Origin: Promethearchaeota archaeon
GTDB taxonomy: Archaea > Asgardarchaeota > Lokiarchaeia > Sigyniarchaeales > SOKP01
DNA: 46,761 nucleotides
Assembly (NCBI GenBank): GCA_013375475.1
Contig: JABXKD010000021.1
Span: 1-46,761 of the forward strand
Reading direction: 5' to 3'
Part shown: piece after piece, positions 9,535 through 19,330 of the stretch
How the letters are laid out: each line of letters starts with the position of its first letter
Position numbering within the stretch: the stretch's first letter is position 1
Notes under the pieces: generated by a model
What the model was told of the DNA's origin: nothing
Seen by the model: the letters and a program-made list of their open reading frames with translations, nothing else
Databases searched by the model: none
Position numbers and translations under genes: made by a program

Positions 9535-12213
9535 TCAATTTCTAATATTTTCTATAATAAGGGGAATCTCTGAAATTTCTTTCTCATAATCAGGATCTAA
9601 ATTAGTAATTCCTTTTGAGATATTTAATATACTTTCGAATGAATATATTAGATTTTCTAAATAATCCGTGATATCTCCCTTATAAATTAAAATTTTTAGC
9701 TCATCTTCGAGATATTCACTAATCTCTCTAATTGAGAACTTATTTTCAATCCTTAAATTTAAGATTATCATCTCTAAATTAATTCTTCCACATTCACAAT
9801 AGGGTTTATCTTTACAATCGCAATTGAAAATTTCTCCTGTCCATTTTACAACATATTCTATAAATTCATCTGAAAAGGATTTTCTTTTTTTAACATAATT
9901 TGCGTCCATGAGTGAGAGAACGCTCGCAGAAAAGAAATTATTAGAAGAATATTTTGCTGCTCTATGCTTTGATAAGTCTGCTACAATTTTCTTTGTTAAA
10001 TATACATTTTTTAGTGCTTTTAATTCAAGAACGATATCTGTAATTTTTGACTTCTTGTTTTTTAAAATATCAACAATTTCCAAGCTTTTTTCAACAGTTA
10101 GAAAAGATTTAGCAATAGATTGACCCAAAAAGGACGATTTATACATATTTTTATTATCTAAAAGAACAAGCCCATAATTTATTAGTTTCTTTAAAAATTC
10201 TACTAAGTCATAATTAGAATTAATTTGATATTCATTAAATTGATATATTTTTTCTCTTACTATGCCTTCAGTATACATAGAAATAAACGCGAGAAGTTCA
10301 GTTAGAGATTTGTCACCATTGGGATGTAATTCGTAGTCTTTAATTTTCCCATTAAGTAAGTTTATGGCAACATTTTCTTCCGTAACTTTTGTTCTATGGG
10401 AATAAACCTTTCCGGGTTCAATAAGAAGATAAGCTAATCCAATGTCATGTTTTTTTAATCTCCCAGCTCTTCCTAACATTTGCTCAAATTCAGCAACCGT
10501 CAATAAACTAATACCCATTACTAAGGATTCAAAAATCACTTGTTTTGCAGGTAAATCGACACCTGCAGCTAATGCTGCCGTTGCTACAACTGCTGAAATA
10601 GATTGATTTTGGAAATGCCTTTCAATTTCAAGCCTCTCTTCGTTCGTTAATCCAGAATGGTAAGATCTTACTCTCAATCCTTTATTTTGTAAATAGATCG
10701 TCAATGATTCGCACTTTTTTCTTGAATTTGTAAATATTATAGATTGACCTTTGAATCCATAAGATGAAGTCTCTGAGTAAGCAGTTCGCACTAATTTTGT
10801 TATATTTTTAAGTTTTATTGCTTCGTTTAGACATAGTATTAAATGTCGTTCGATTGGAACAGGTCTATTATTGTAATTGATCAAAATACAATCCAATGTT
10901 TTAGCTAACGCTTCTGGTTCCCCTATTGTAGCACTTAAATATAAATATTGAACATCATTAAATATTGATTTTAAACGAGCTATTAAACCATCTAAAATAA
11001 ATCCACGTTCTTGATCACTCAAAGTTTGAATTTCATCAACAATTATTGTCCCAATGGATCCCAAATTACCTTTATTACCACTTCTTAAAATATAATCAAT
11101 AGCTTCATAAGTAGCTATAATTATGTCAGCATCTATCAATTCTTCTAAATCTTCCGTGTCATTTTTATCTAATATAGATTCTCCTATTCTTTTTATTATT
11201 TTCAAATTCAATGGTTTATATTTTTTTTTAAATTCTTCCGTTCTTAAACTTGCCAACGCTCTGATTGGCACTAAATAAAGTAACTTGCGTTTCTCTTTCA
11301 GAACTCTTGAAATTCCTGTCAACTCACCGATTAAAGTTTTTCCTGCTGATGTCGGAGCCATAACTAGTTGGCTTTTTTGCTCTGTTAACAATCCTGCTTC
11401 AATTGAAATTGCTTGAATCGGTAAGAGAGTTGAAATTTTAAGCGTATTTAGCAGTTCCTTTAAATTATTTGGGATTTCTAGGTTATCAATAGTATAATTA
11501 AGATATTTTTTACTTATCGGTGGATTTTTTTCAATGTCATAAAGAGTCATTTCTTTATTTTTTACGGGATTAAAATCAGCCTTAAAGGAGTTTAGTATTC
11601 TATTCAGATCCCGAAATTTTAAAATTAAATGATTAAAAAAATTTTTAAGCTTCGGGTTAAGTTTCCCAGAAGGAATAAGTCCTGCGACTTGAGCTTGCTT
11701 TACTACAACATCTAGTGCACAATCGGAACAAATATATTGATTCCTTAATGCTTTAATCTTGGATTTTTCGTTTAAGATTGTAAATGTTTTATCATCTAAG
11801 CAAGATTTGCAAAAAATCATACTTATAATATTTTTTTCATCATATTGAAGATTTTTAAGCATTTCTTTAATAACTGTGAAATCTACTGATTTAGTTTGAC
11901 TAGAAAAAGCGATAAATTTGTTTTTTTTATCAATTAAAAATCTCTTAAGAAGTCGAGGATTAATAGGTTCTAATTTTCCATCGTTTTCAAGTTTAGAAAA
12001 ACTAAGGGGCCGAATCTTATCTTTAAAATCTAATCCGAAGAGTACAACGCCTCTGAAAAATGGTTTTTTTATGTATGAATAAGTTAGATTTTTCTTCTTG
12101 AAAGACTTTAAATAGAAGAAGTTTACATTAAAAGATAATTCTTTTTTGTTATCCCAATTTTTATCGAATACTACAAAATAGTCTCTAGAAATGGTAATCA
12201 AAAGAAAAATCAC
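9535..12213 (-). CDS. Archaea-specific Ski2-like SF2 helicase (ASH-Ski2, DUF5814)
   Basis: LLPIQ, APTSAGKT, DEIQ, LSAT, YHSGL, TAALAAGVDLPA, QMLGRAGR; N-terminal CKSC/CSDC and C-terminal CDCKDKPYCECG cysteine clusters. Confidence 0.92.
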   Translation of the reverse strand: MIFLLITISRDYFVVFDKNWDNKKELSFNVNFFYLKSFKKKNLTYSYIKKPFFRGVVLFGLDFKDKIRPLSFSKLENDGKLEPINPRLLKRFLIDKKNKFIAFSSQTKSVDFTVIKEMLKNLQYDEKNIISMIFCKSCLDDKTFTILNEKSKIKALRNQYICSDCALDVVVKQAQVAGLIPSGKLNPKLKNFFNHLILKFRDLNRILNSFKADFNPVKNKEMTLYDIEKNPPISKKYLNYTIDNLEIPNNLKELLNTLKISTLLPIQAISIEAGLLTEQKSQLVMAPTSAGKTLIGELTGISRVLKEKRKLLYLVPIRALASLRTEEFKKKYKPLNLKIIKRIGESILDKNDTEDLEELIDADIIIATYEAIDYILRSGNKGNLGSIGTIIVDEIQTLSDQERGFILDGLIARLKSIFNDVQYLYLSATIGEPEALAKTLDCILINYNNRPVPIERHLILCLNEAIKLKNITKLVRTAYSETSSYGFKGQSIIFTNSRKKCESLTIYLQNKGLRVRSYHSGLTNEERLEIERHFQNQSISAVVATAALAAGVDLPAKQVIFESLVMGISLLTVAEFEQMLGRAGRLKKHDIGLAYLLIEPGKVYSHRTKVTEENVAINLLNGKIKDYELHPNGDKSLTELLAFISMYTEGIVREKIYQFNEYQINSNYDLVEFLKKLINYGLVLLDNKNMYKSSFLGQSIAKSFLTVEKSLEIVDILKNKKSKITDIVLELKALKNVYLTKKIVADLSKHRAAKYSSNNFFSASVLSLMDANYVKKRKSFSDEFIEYVVKWTGEIFNCDCKDKPYCECGRINLEMIILNLRIENKFSIREISEYLEDELKILIYKGDITDYLENLIYSFESILNISKGITNLDPDYEKEISEIPLIIENIRN

Positions 12214-12262
12214 TAAGCCTATAAGAAACTTACATTTATTACTGAAATAAAAAAATCAGAAC

Positions 12263-12430
12263 CTAAAACCCAAAAACAGCTTTAATTTTATCATATACTT
12301 CTTTAATTTGTCTTAGTTTAGCCTCATCGCCCTGATTTAAAAAATGTTCGATCCATTGGGCAAGACCTCCACCATTGGGGTCCATCCATTGTTTAAAATA
12401 TTCTACTGCTTGATGTTCTTCTACTGACAT
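12263..12430 (-). CDS. Small hypothetical protein, 55 aa (below ORF-track cutoff)
   Basis: ATG at 12430 to TAG: MSVEEHQAVEYFKQWMDPNGGGLAQWIEHFLNQGDEAKLRQIKEVYDKIKAVFGF; GC-richer than its flanks, fills the gap upstream of the helicase, followed by a T-tract. Confidence 0.72.
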   Translation of the reverse strand: MSVEEHQAVEYFKQWMDPNGGGLAQWIEHFLNQGDEAKLRQIKEVYDKIKAVFGF

Positions 12431-12536
12431 ATTAAATCTGTTTTGTTTTTATTTTGATATACTTTATATAAATTATTCTATTTTATATTTTTATAATTTT
12501 GTTATATAGAAAAAAAAATTATCAAATTTAATTCGG

Positions 12537-13505
12537 GTGATAAATATTCCGGATGTACGTATAAAAACACCAAATTTAGACGAGATTTTCGAGAAGTGGA
12601 AAGAAAGGTCTGTAAGACAAGATAAAAAAAAGATGGAAAAGCAATTTGGAACTAAAGGGGCAATTTTCTCGCTGGATGCAGTGAGTGCTGCAGAATATGT
12701 TAAAGACACACAAAAGGAAGCTGCTATTTATTTCGCTATAAAAAAGACTGTTGGTGAGGTATCGAAAGGAACAGAAGAAAAAATAGTTCTTGCGCCCCGA
12801 GTACCAAGAGAAACTTTTTATTCATTTAAGGGAAATGCTAAATTAAATAAAGACAATTGGAAGGGTAGTGAGTTAGAGCCTACATATGAGACACTGAAAA
12901 CAATACCCTGCAAAAACTGTAGCGGTAAAGGATATATAGAAGATAAATGCAAAACTTGCAAAGGAACTGGAAAGATCGAAGAAAAAGTGACTATATTATC
13001 AGGAGAAGATCAAAAGAAAGAGGATAAACCATTTACTTATCCCTGCGGCGTTTGTTATGGGACTGGTACCAGTAAAGAGCAATGTCGGGATTGTGGAGGT
13101 CACAAAAACATGTACAAATACCAAATTCTTCCCGTTCCTTTTAAAACTGTTGTTACAGGGATCCCAGTCCTCCATAGTAGCGCACAAACGAAATATGAAA
13201 AAGAGATCGAGCGAGACCTTCACCAAATGATCGAGGAGGTTGAAGGTATAAGATTCACTGAATTTAAAGATTTAGAGGCGAAAGCTGAACCTTCCTTAGG
13301 ATATTGGAATAAAAACATTAAAAAAACAATAAGTGCCGCAAGTAGCGACCATAAAACCTACTCAAAAGATAAGGAAGCTCAGATTACTACGCAAATATAC
13401 TTATTTCCAATGATCCAAATGTTCTGCGAAACTAAAAAGGGAGCAAAGTTTGAGATATACAGTTTAGGTTCAGCGAATAAATTTATGATTTATTCAAATT
13501 TCTAA
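12537..13505 (+). CDS. DnaJ-type CxxCxGxG zinc-finger protein without J domain (SSUH2-like architecture)
   Basis: CKNCSGKG, CKTCKGTG, CGVCYGTG, CRDCGGHK; no HPD motif. Confidence 0.75.
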   Translation: MINIPDVRIKTPNLDEIFEKWKERSVRQDKKKMEKQFGTKGAIFSLDAVSAAEYVKDTQKEAAIYFAIKKTVGEVSKGTEEKIVLAPRVPRETFYSFKGNAKLNKDNWKGSELEPTYETLKTIPCKNCSGKGYIEDKCKTCKGTGKIEEKVTILSGEDQKKEDKPFTYPCGVCYGTGTSKEQCRDCGGHKNMYKYQILPVPFKTVVTGIPVLHSSAQTKYEKEIERDLHQMIEEVEGIRFTEFKDLEAKAEPSLGYWNKNIKKTISAASSDHKTYSKDKEAQITTQIYLFPMIQMFCETKKGAKFEIYSLGSANKFMIYSNF

Positions 13506-13574
13506 ACCATCTTAATTAATTCAATTTCTTCATTTTTTTTATTTCTATTAACCTCTCACTATTGGATATTATTC

Positions 13575-16169
13575 TTATTCTAACATGCCGTAACGGTTAA
13601 ATAATTTCATAACTAACTTTAAAAACCAATATAGCCTTTTTGGAAAACGACCAATTAAAGCGTTAAATGTAGTCATCATGTCACTCTCTAATGAATGTCT
13701 ATTCTTTTTAAAATCGGGATAAGATAATCCGCCAAGAATCTTAGGAGGGGTTCCAAAACTTCTAACTTTTATCCAATCTTTTTCAAGATTTCTCGTGCTT
13801 AACCATGTTTTGTCGGTTTTAATTTGAATCTTCTGACTTGATTTCAGCGTAATTTCACCGTATATATTAATCAATCCCACTCCACCACTATAATCAGTAT
13901 TTTCAATAAAAATTAGGTTATCTCCTATTGTTAAATGTTTCTTAACGTCAAAAATCTTAATATTATTTTTTAAAATTACATAGTTTAAGGAATGACGAGT
14001 CATAACATGCCCGATGTGATTATTATTAACGGAAATTTTTGCAAATGTCCCACCTACTACTTGTAAATATGCTGATTCGATTTCTTCGCTAATAGTTATG
14101 TATTTTTTATAATATGTAGTATTGATTTGGTGTTTTTTATCCGAATCAAGATAAATAGTTTCGCTAGGTATATTTGGGTCTTGCCATTCGTCATTATTTT
14201 TGATTTCTTCAACTTTATTATTGTAGAATTCGAGTAACCATAGATATTTCGTTTTTACAGGTTCAAAACCTTCTTTTTTTGCGACCTTCATCCATAAAAA
14301 TTCGTAATCTTTTAGGAGAGAAGTCAAACTCTTTATCAATGACTCAATTTCCTTAATCACTTGCAATTTGTACTCCTCTTTTACCTTCTTAAGAGAAAAA
14401 TCGACTAACTTCTTAGAATTTATTCTCTTTTTACAATAAAATTTGATGTGTTTAGCAACGAAAGCTAGGTTTAGAAGATTCTCTTTATTTGTTAATATTG
14501 TTGAATCTAATTCCTGACAAATAGTGATAATTTCATCCATCTCTTTAATTACTAATTCGAATTGAGATGTTTTTAGATTTTTTTTGTATATAGAACTTCT
14601 TTTACTATAAGGATGCCCAAAGAAATGATTATAGTAAAAAGTAGGTCTAGTATGTAATCGATTTTTAGCTTCTATGGACCTAAAGATTTTAATTATTTTA
14701 AATAATCTATCATCGTATATTCCGAAAACATGAGTTAAAAGACTTTTCCAATAGTTTACTATGTTAACTTCTTTTGTAGGGTTCCAACCTACTTGAGAAG
14801 AATAAATGAATCCATACAATCTATTTTCTCTAATTTCCTTATTGTAATAATCTCCCCAACTAGAAGTTATTTCACCAATAGCTCCATTTCTAAAACCGTC
14901 TTTAATTAGATATGTCATGTTTTTTTCAGATCGAGCTAGTGACGGAAATATTCGGTTGTAATCCATTATAGATGGGCTAACTATGAACGGTAATTTATTT
15001 CCTTTTATTCTTTCTAGAAGTGGGTGTTTCTCTTTTGTATTATACTTCCAATACATTACAATCATATCTTTAGGTAAACCCTCAAGAATTTCTTCATATT
15101 TACAAACAATATCGTGATAAATGACGATTTTTTTATATCCATATTTTTTCGCGATTTCATAAACTTTCTTGTAATGCTCCAAGTATGCTTTACCGATTCC
15201 AGTTTTTTGAATGTAATCCTTAGAACCTAATTTACCTACATCCCAACTCTCGTCTGCTGCTATATGGAAATAATCTGATTTAAAAACATCACTTAATTCC
15301 TTAATCATATCATCTAAAAGGAGATAAATATCTTCATTAGCAATATTTAAACTATTCGATCCCGGAAATTCTCCATATTGCCAATATAATTCATTGTGTA
15401 ATATATTTTCCCAATGACCGATAGTTTGAAATATTGGTATTAACTCTACAAAATGATCCTTAGCATATTTAAATAATTCTCTTATTTCCTCTTTTGAATA
15501 CGCACCCCTTTCATTACTTATTTCAGGATGGTTTTCAAACTTGAACATATCCTGCATATAAACTAAATAATATTGGTTTATCTTAAAATGACTGAGTATT
15601 TTAATAAATTTCTTAAGGTTATCTATTTTTGCGGATTGTCCCCTCGATATATCATCGGAAACGCCCCTAATTTCTAAGCGGGGGGAATCTAAAATTGCTA
15701 TTGGGGGTAATAAATTTTTACTTGAATTGCAATTTAAAAGTTGAATTAGCGTTTGAATTCCATAAAATATCCCCTGCAATGAATCTGCCTGTAAGTATAT
15801 TCTTGATTCACTTGAAGTTAGGATGTATCCTTGTTCAATTGCTAATTTACTTTTTAAAAGATGTTTAATGTTTAATTTAGGAAAATAACTACAACATAAT
15901 TCTATAACCGTATTGAAATTTGGGATTTTAGGATATTCTCGATTAAAATTGACCTTTAATTTTTCTTTGAATCCAAAAGCTCTTAGTTGTTCCTGGAAGT
16001 GATCTACAACGAATAAATCTTCTTTTGATAAATCTGTTAGAATCGAGGACTTATCGCTAATCTTTAACAGTTTTGAATCTATCACCTTAAAGTGAAGTGG
16101 CTCTGGAAGGAATAAAACTTCTTCAACAAGTATATCAGTTTGAATTAAGTTATTAACACAAATAAACAT
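13575..16169 (-). CDS. Glycoside hydrolase family 20 (beta-N-acetylhexosaminidase) with C-terminal beta-sandwich
   Basis: [39 protein letters not shown], catalytic FHIAADE; no signal peptide seen. Exact start uncertain. Confidence 0.9.
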   Translation of the reverse strand: MFICVNNLIQTDILVEEVLFLPEPLHFKVIDSKLLKISDKSSILTDLSKEDLFVVDHFQEQLRAFGFKEKLKVNFNREYPKIPNFNTVIELCCSYFPKLNIKHLLKSKLAIEQGYILTSSESRIYLQADSLQGIFYGIQTLIQLLNCNSSKNLLPPIAILDSPRLEIRGVSDDISRGQSAKIDNLKKFIKILSHFKINQYYLVYMQDMFKFENHPEISNERGAYSKEEIRELFKYAKDHFVELIPIFQTIGHWENILHNELYWQYGEFPGSNSLNIANEDIYLLLDDMIKELSDVFKSDYFHIAADESWDVGKLGSKDYIQKTGIGKAYLEHYKKVYEIAKKYGYKKIVIYHDIVCKYEEILEGLPKDMIVMYWKYNTKEKHPLLERIKGNKLPFIVSPSIMDYNRIFPSLARSEKNMTYLIKDGFRNGAIGEITSSWGDYYNKEIRENRLYGFIYSSQVGWNPTKEVNIVNYWKSLLTHVFGIYDDRLFKIIKIFRSIEAKNRLHTRPTFYYNHFFGHPYSKRSSIYKKNLKTSQFELVIKEMDEIITICQELDSTILTNKENLLNLAFVAKHIKFYCKKRINSKKLVDFSLKKVKEEYKLQVIKEIESLIKSLTSLLKDYEFLWMKVAKKEGFEPVKTKYLWLLEFYNNKVEEIKNNDEWQDPNIPSETIYLDSDKKHQINTTYYKKYITISEEIESAYLQVVGGTFAKISVNNNHIGHVMTRHSLNYVILKNNIKIFDVKKHLTIGDNLIFIENTDYSGGVGLINIYGEITLKSSQKIQIKTDKTWLSTRNLEKDWIKVRSFGTPPKILGGLSYPDFKKNRHSLESDMMTTFNALIGRFPKRLYWFLKLVMKLFNRYGMLE

Positions 16170-16413
16170 AAGAATAATTTATTCTTAGCAAATAATAAGA
16201 TTTATTGATTTTTAATAGGAATATGTAAATTCTTTTATTAGCAAATAAATGATGATTTATTGCTATTAGAGAATGAAATTAAGAATATCTCGAAGAAGTA
16301 ATAAAAATTTTTTAATATATATATTTCCCAAAATCAGTTTTCTAAAAGTAATATGATTAATCAAGAGATAACTTTTAAATTAGATAAATAATATTTAAGT
16401 AAGTGTTTAGATA

Positions 16414-17019
16414 ATGGAGAACAAAATAGAAGTAGAAGGTCGGAGTTTTTTCGGTTATCTTTTACCAAATAATGCATTAACGATCTCAATTATAGCTATT
16501 TTCACAGCTCTAAATTTTGTGGCAACATATTGGATCCAGATTCCAATTCCTGCCACTGGAGGATACATTAATATTGGAGACACTGCAGTTATGTTCACGG
16601 CACTCTTATTTGGACCTATTATTGGTGGCGTTGTTGGTGGTGTGGGTCCGATGTTGGCAGACATTTTCTCGCCATATATAATTTATGCGCCTGCTACGCT
16701 TATCATTAAAGGGTTTGAAGGCTTCTTGATTGGATTAATTTCAAATCCTAGAGGTTGTACTGGAAGAGTTTCTTATCGTGATATATTAGCAGTAATTTTT
16801 GGCGGAATTCTCATTCCCTTAGGTTATTTTATATATGAAGCATTCATACTTGGTCTTGGAGTTGCTATAGCTTTAGTTGAAATGCCTGGCAACTTTTTCC
16901 AATTTATAGCTGCTGCAGTATTTTCAATTTTATTAATTGCAGCTTCAAGAAAGAATATAGTTGATGGCTTACCTCAAGTTTTTGATTTAATTTTCATCCC
17001 AATCGAATCAGAAGAATAA
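16414..17019 (+). CDS. ECF transporter S component
   Basis: IQIPIPATGGYINIGD...ALLFGPIIGGVVGGVG..LAD...YAPATLIIKGFEG; about six TM helices. Confidence 0.9.
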   Translation: MENKIEVEGRSFFGYLLPNNALTISIIAIFTALNFVATYWIQIPIPATGGYINIGDTAVMFTALLFGPIIGGVVGGVGPMLADIFSPYIIYAPATLIIKGFEGFLIGLISNPRGCTGRVSYRDILAVIFGGILIPLGYFIYEAFILGLGVAIALVEMPGNFFQFIAAAVFSILLIAASRKNIVDGLPQVFDLIFIPIESEE

Positions 17020-17175
17020 TCTTCAAAGGTGAATCGGTTGCGAATAATAATTAAGGGTGTCAATATTATATTTTTATAATTGATTAAATCTCTAATTCAA
17101 TAGCAAAATTATGGTGAATTAACCGTTCTTGACTGGATAATACTTTTCAGCATTTTAGGTAGTATTGGTGCTATT

Positions 17176-17880
17176 TTGGCAGCAGCCGGTTTTGTATTGT
17201 TAGCAGAAAGGCTTCAGAAAGCGTTAATTTCGACTTTAATCTCTTTCGCTACGGGGACTTTGCTCACTACTGCGTTATTAGGATTAATACCTGAAGCAGT
17301 TGAAACTGTTGGAGGAGAACCTCATGTAATAATGCCTTATGTGCTAGGTGGTATTCTTTTCTTCTTCTTCTTAGAAAAACTCATTATTTGGCGAAATTGT
17401 ACTGACGAAGAATGTGATGTTCACGCTGCTGCTGGACCTATTGTATTAGTTGGAGACGCGTTCCATAATTTTATAGACGGAATTGTAATAACTGCTGGTT
17501 TCCTTACGAGCTTTACTGTAGGATTAGCTGCGGCTATTGCCATAATTGCTCACGAAATCCCTCAAGAAACTGGAGATTTTGGAATCCTATTGCACGGAGG
17601 GTTTTCAAAGAAAAAAGCGTTTGTTTATAATTGCATCTCAAGCATAACTACAATTCCTGCAGCTATTATTAGTTATTTTATACTAGGGTCGATTTCATTT
17701 ATAGTACCATATGCTCTTGCGATTTCAGCAGCTAGTTTCTTGTATATAGCATTATCAGATTTAACACCGGAGTTGCATCAAAAGTGGGGTTTAAAACAAA
17801 CTCTAAAACAGTTGGTATTAATTCTAGCAGGAGTATTAATAATGATTTTGATTTTTACATTAATGGGACATAATCATTAA
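17176..17880 (+). CDS. ZIP-family (ZupT) divalent metal transporter; true N-terminus probably extends to ~17111
   Basis: SFATGTLL...LIPEA, GDAFHNFIDG, AHEIPQETGDF, FLYIALSDLTPEL. Confidence 0.93.
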   Translation: MAAAGFVLLAERLQKALISTLISFATGTLLTTALLGLIPEAVETVGGEPHVIMPYVLGGILFFFFLEKLIIWRNCTDEECDVHAAAGPIVLVGDAFHNFIDGIVITAGFLTSFTVGLAAAIAIIAHEIPQETGDFGILLHGGFSKKKAFVYNCISSITTIPAAIISYFILGSISFIVPYALAISAASFLYIALSDLTPELHQKWGLKQTLKQLVLILAGVLIMILIFTLMGHNH

Positions 17881-17946
17881 AGAGTATCACTACTTAAACG
17901 GGTTTTATTTAAAAATATTCTAATAAAAAAATAGATCATATAGGTT

Positions 17947-18198
17947 CTAAGCTTTAAAAGGTTCATCGTGAATAACTTTATCTATTGCCAATAAGCAAGC
18001 CTCATCCCAGTCATCATGGGGGTCAATTTCTTTAGCACAATTATCACACCAATCGTCAGAATACCCTTCATCGAAATCGTCACTTTCTAAATCGCCGTTT
18101 AACGTTCCACCGCAGTAAAGACATTCACCATCGTCGTATCTATCCAAAATCTCAGCGATTAATTCAACCTTTTTCCTATTGTTAATTTTTCTCACCAT
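17947..18198 (-). CDS. Small acidic Cys-rich (putative zinc-binding) hypothetical protein
   Basis: 83 aa with CLYC and CDNC pairs flanking a D/E-rich linker; AAGTGATA upstream resembles an RBS. Confidence 0.75.
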   Translation of the reverse strand: MVRKINNRKKVELIAEILDRYDDGECLYCGGTLNGDLESDDFDEGYSDDWCDNCAKEIDPHDDWDEACLLAIDKVIHDEPFKA

Positions 18199-18344
18199 AT
18201 TTTATCACTTAAATTATTGATTATAATATGGTAATTAGAATTAAAAAAAAGTATGGTTCTATAAAATAGGACAAGGTAAAAAATAAGTTATAGCTTCTAA
18301 AATATTAAATTGTATTACTCACTCTGTTAAATTAATCTATATTT

Positions 18345-19328
18345 ATGTTAAAACAGAAGTTGATCAAAATGGGGCCTAATATCATTTGTTTGGGAGAATT
18401 ACTAGTCGAAATTATGAGATTTGAAAAAGATATCCCTCATGGAAAGGTTGGGGCATCATATAAGGGACCATTTCCCAGTGGAGCTCCGGCTATCTTTATA
18501 GGTTCAGCTACTCGAATGTCTAAACCGTTTAATTTATCATCAGGTTTTATCGGTGTGGTTGGAAACGATGAATTTGGAGAGACCGTTCTAAAAAAATTAA
18601 AATCTGATGGAGTTGATATTTCTAAAGTAAGAATTGATAAATTAAGAACGACGGGAATAGCTTTTAATCAATACAATTCAGATGGCTCACGAAAATTTAT
18701 TTTTGCAGCTGGAGCAGCAGGACAAACTTCTCCAGATGATATTGATGAAGAATACTTCTCAGATATAAAAGCTCTTCACATTATGGGTAGCTCTCTTTCA
18801 ATAAGTGGAATTTCCCGGGATTCATGTTATAAAGCTGTAGAAATTGCAAGATCTTTAAATCCTCAAGTTACTATTTCATTTGATCCAAATTTAAGACCAG
18901 AAATGCTAGATATAAAAACAATAATTGAGATATCTAAACCAGTATTAGAAATGACAACAATTTTGTTCCCAAGTGGAGAAGAAGCAGAAATGTTAGCCGG
19001 TATTAAAGGCGCTGAAAAAGCTTGTAAAAAATTACTAGAATTGGGACCCAAAATCGTGGTTTTAAAACAAGGGAAAGATGGTTGTACGATATATTCGTCA
19101 GAGGAAACCAATGGAATAAAAATAACCGGTTTTAGAATAAATGAAGTTGATCCTACTGGAGCAGGAGATTCATTTGATGGGGCGTTTATAGTAGGATATT
19201 TAGCAGGATGGGAATTAAAGAAGATCGGTAAATTCGCTAACGCTGTGGGCGCCTTAAAAGTAAAACACTTTGGACCAATGACCAATAATACGTATGAAGA
19301 AGTGTTAAAATTAATGGAAAGCACTTAA
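18345..19328 (+). CDS. PfkB/ribokinase-family sugar kinase
   Basis: PSGAPAIF, GVVGNDEFG, SFDPNLR, VLKQGKDG, DPTGAGDSFDG signature. Start may be the later ATG (MGPNII). Confidence 0.95.
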   Translation: MLKQKLIKMGPNIICLGELLVEIMRFEKDIPHGKVGASYKGPFPSGAPAIFIGSATRMSKPFNLSSGFIGVVGNDEFGETVLKKLKSDGVDISKVRIDKLRTTGIAFNQYNSDGSRKFIFAAGAAGQTSPDDIDEEYFSDIKALHIMGSSLSISGISRDSCYKAVEIARSLNPQVTISFDPNLRPEMLDIKTIIEISKPVLEMTTILFPSGEEAEMLAGIKGAEKACKKLLELGPKIVVLKQGKDGCTIYSSEETNGIKITGFRINEVDPTGAGDSFDGAFIVGYLAGWELKKIGKFANAVGALKVKHFGPMTNNTYEEVLKLMEST

Positions 19329-19330
19329 AA

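Noticed and set aside
12537-13505. dnaJ gene call
   Set aside because: No J domain/HPD motif or G/F region, and no dnaK or grpE nearby.
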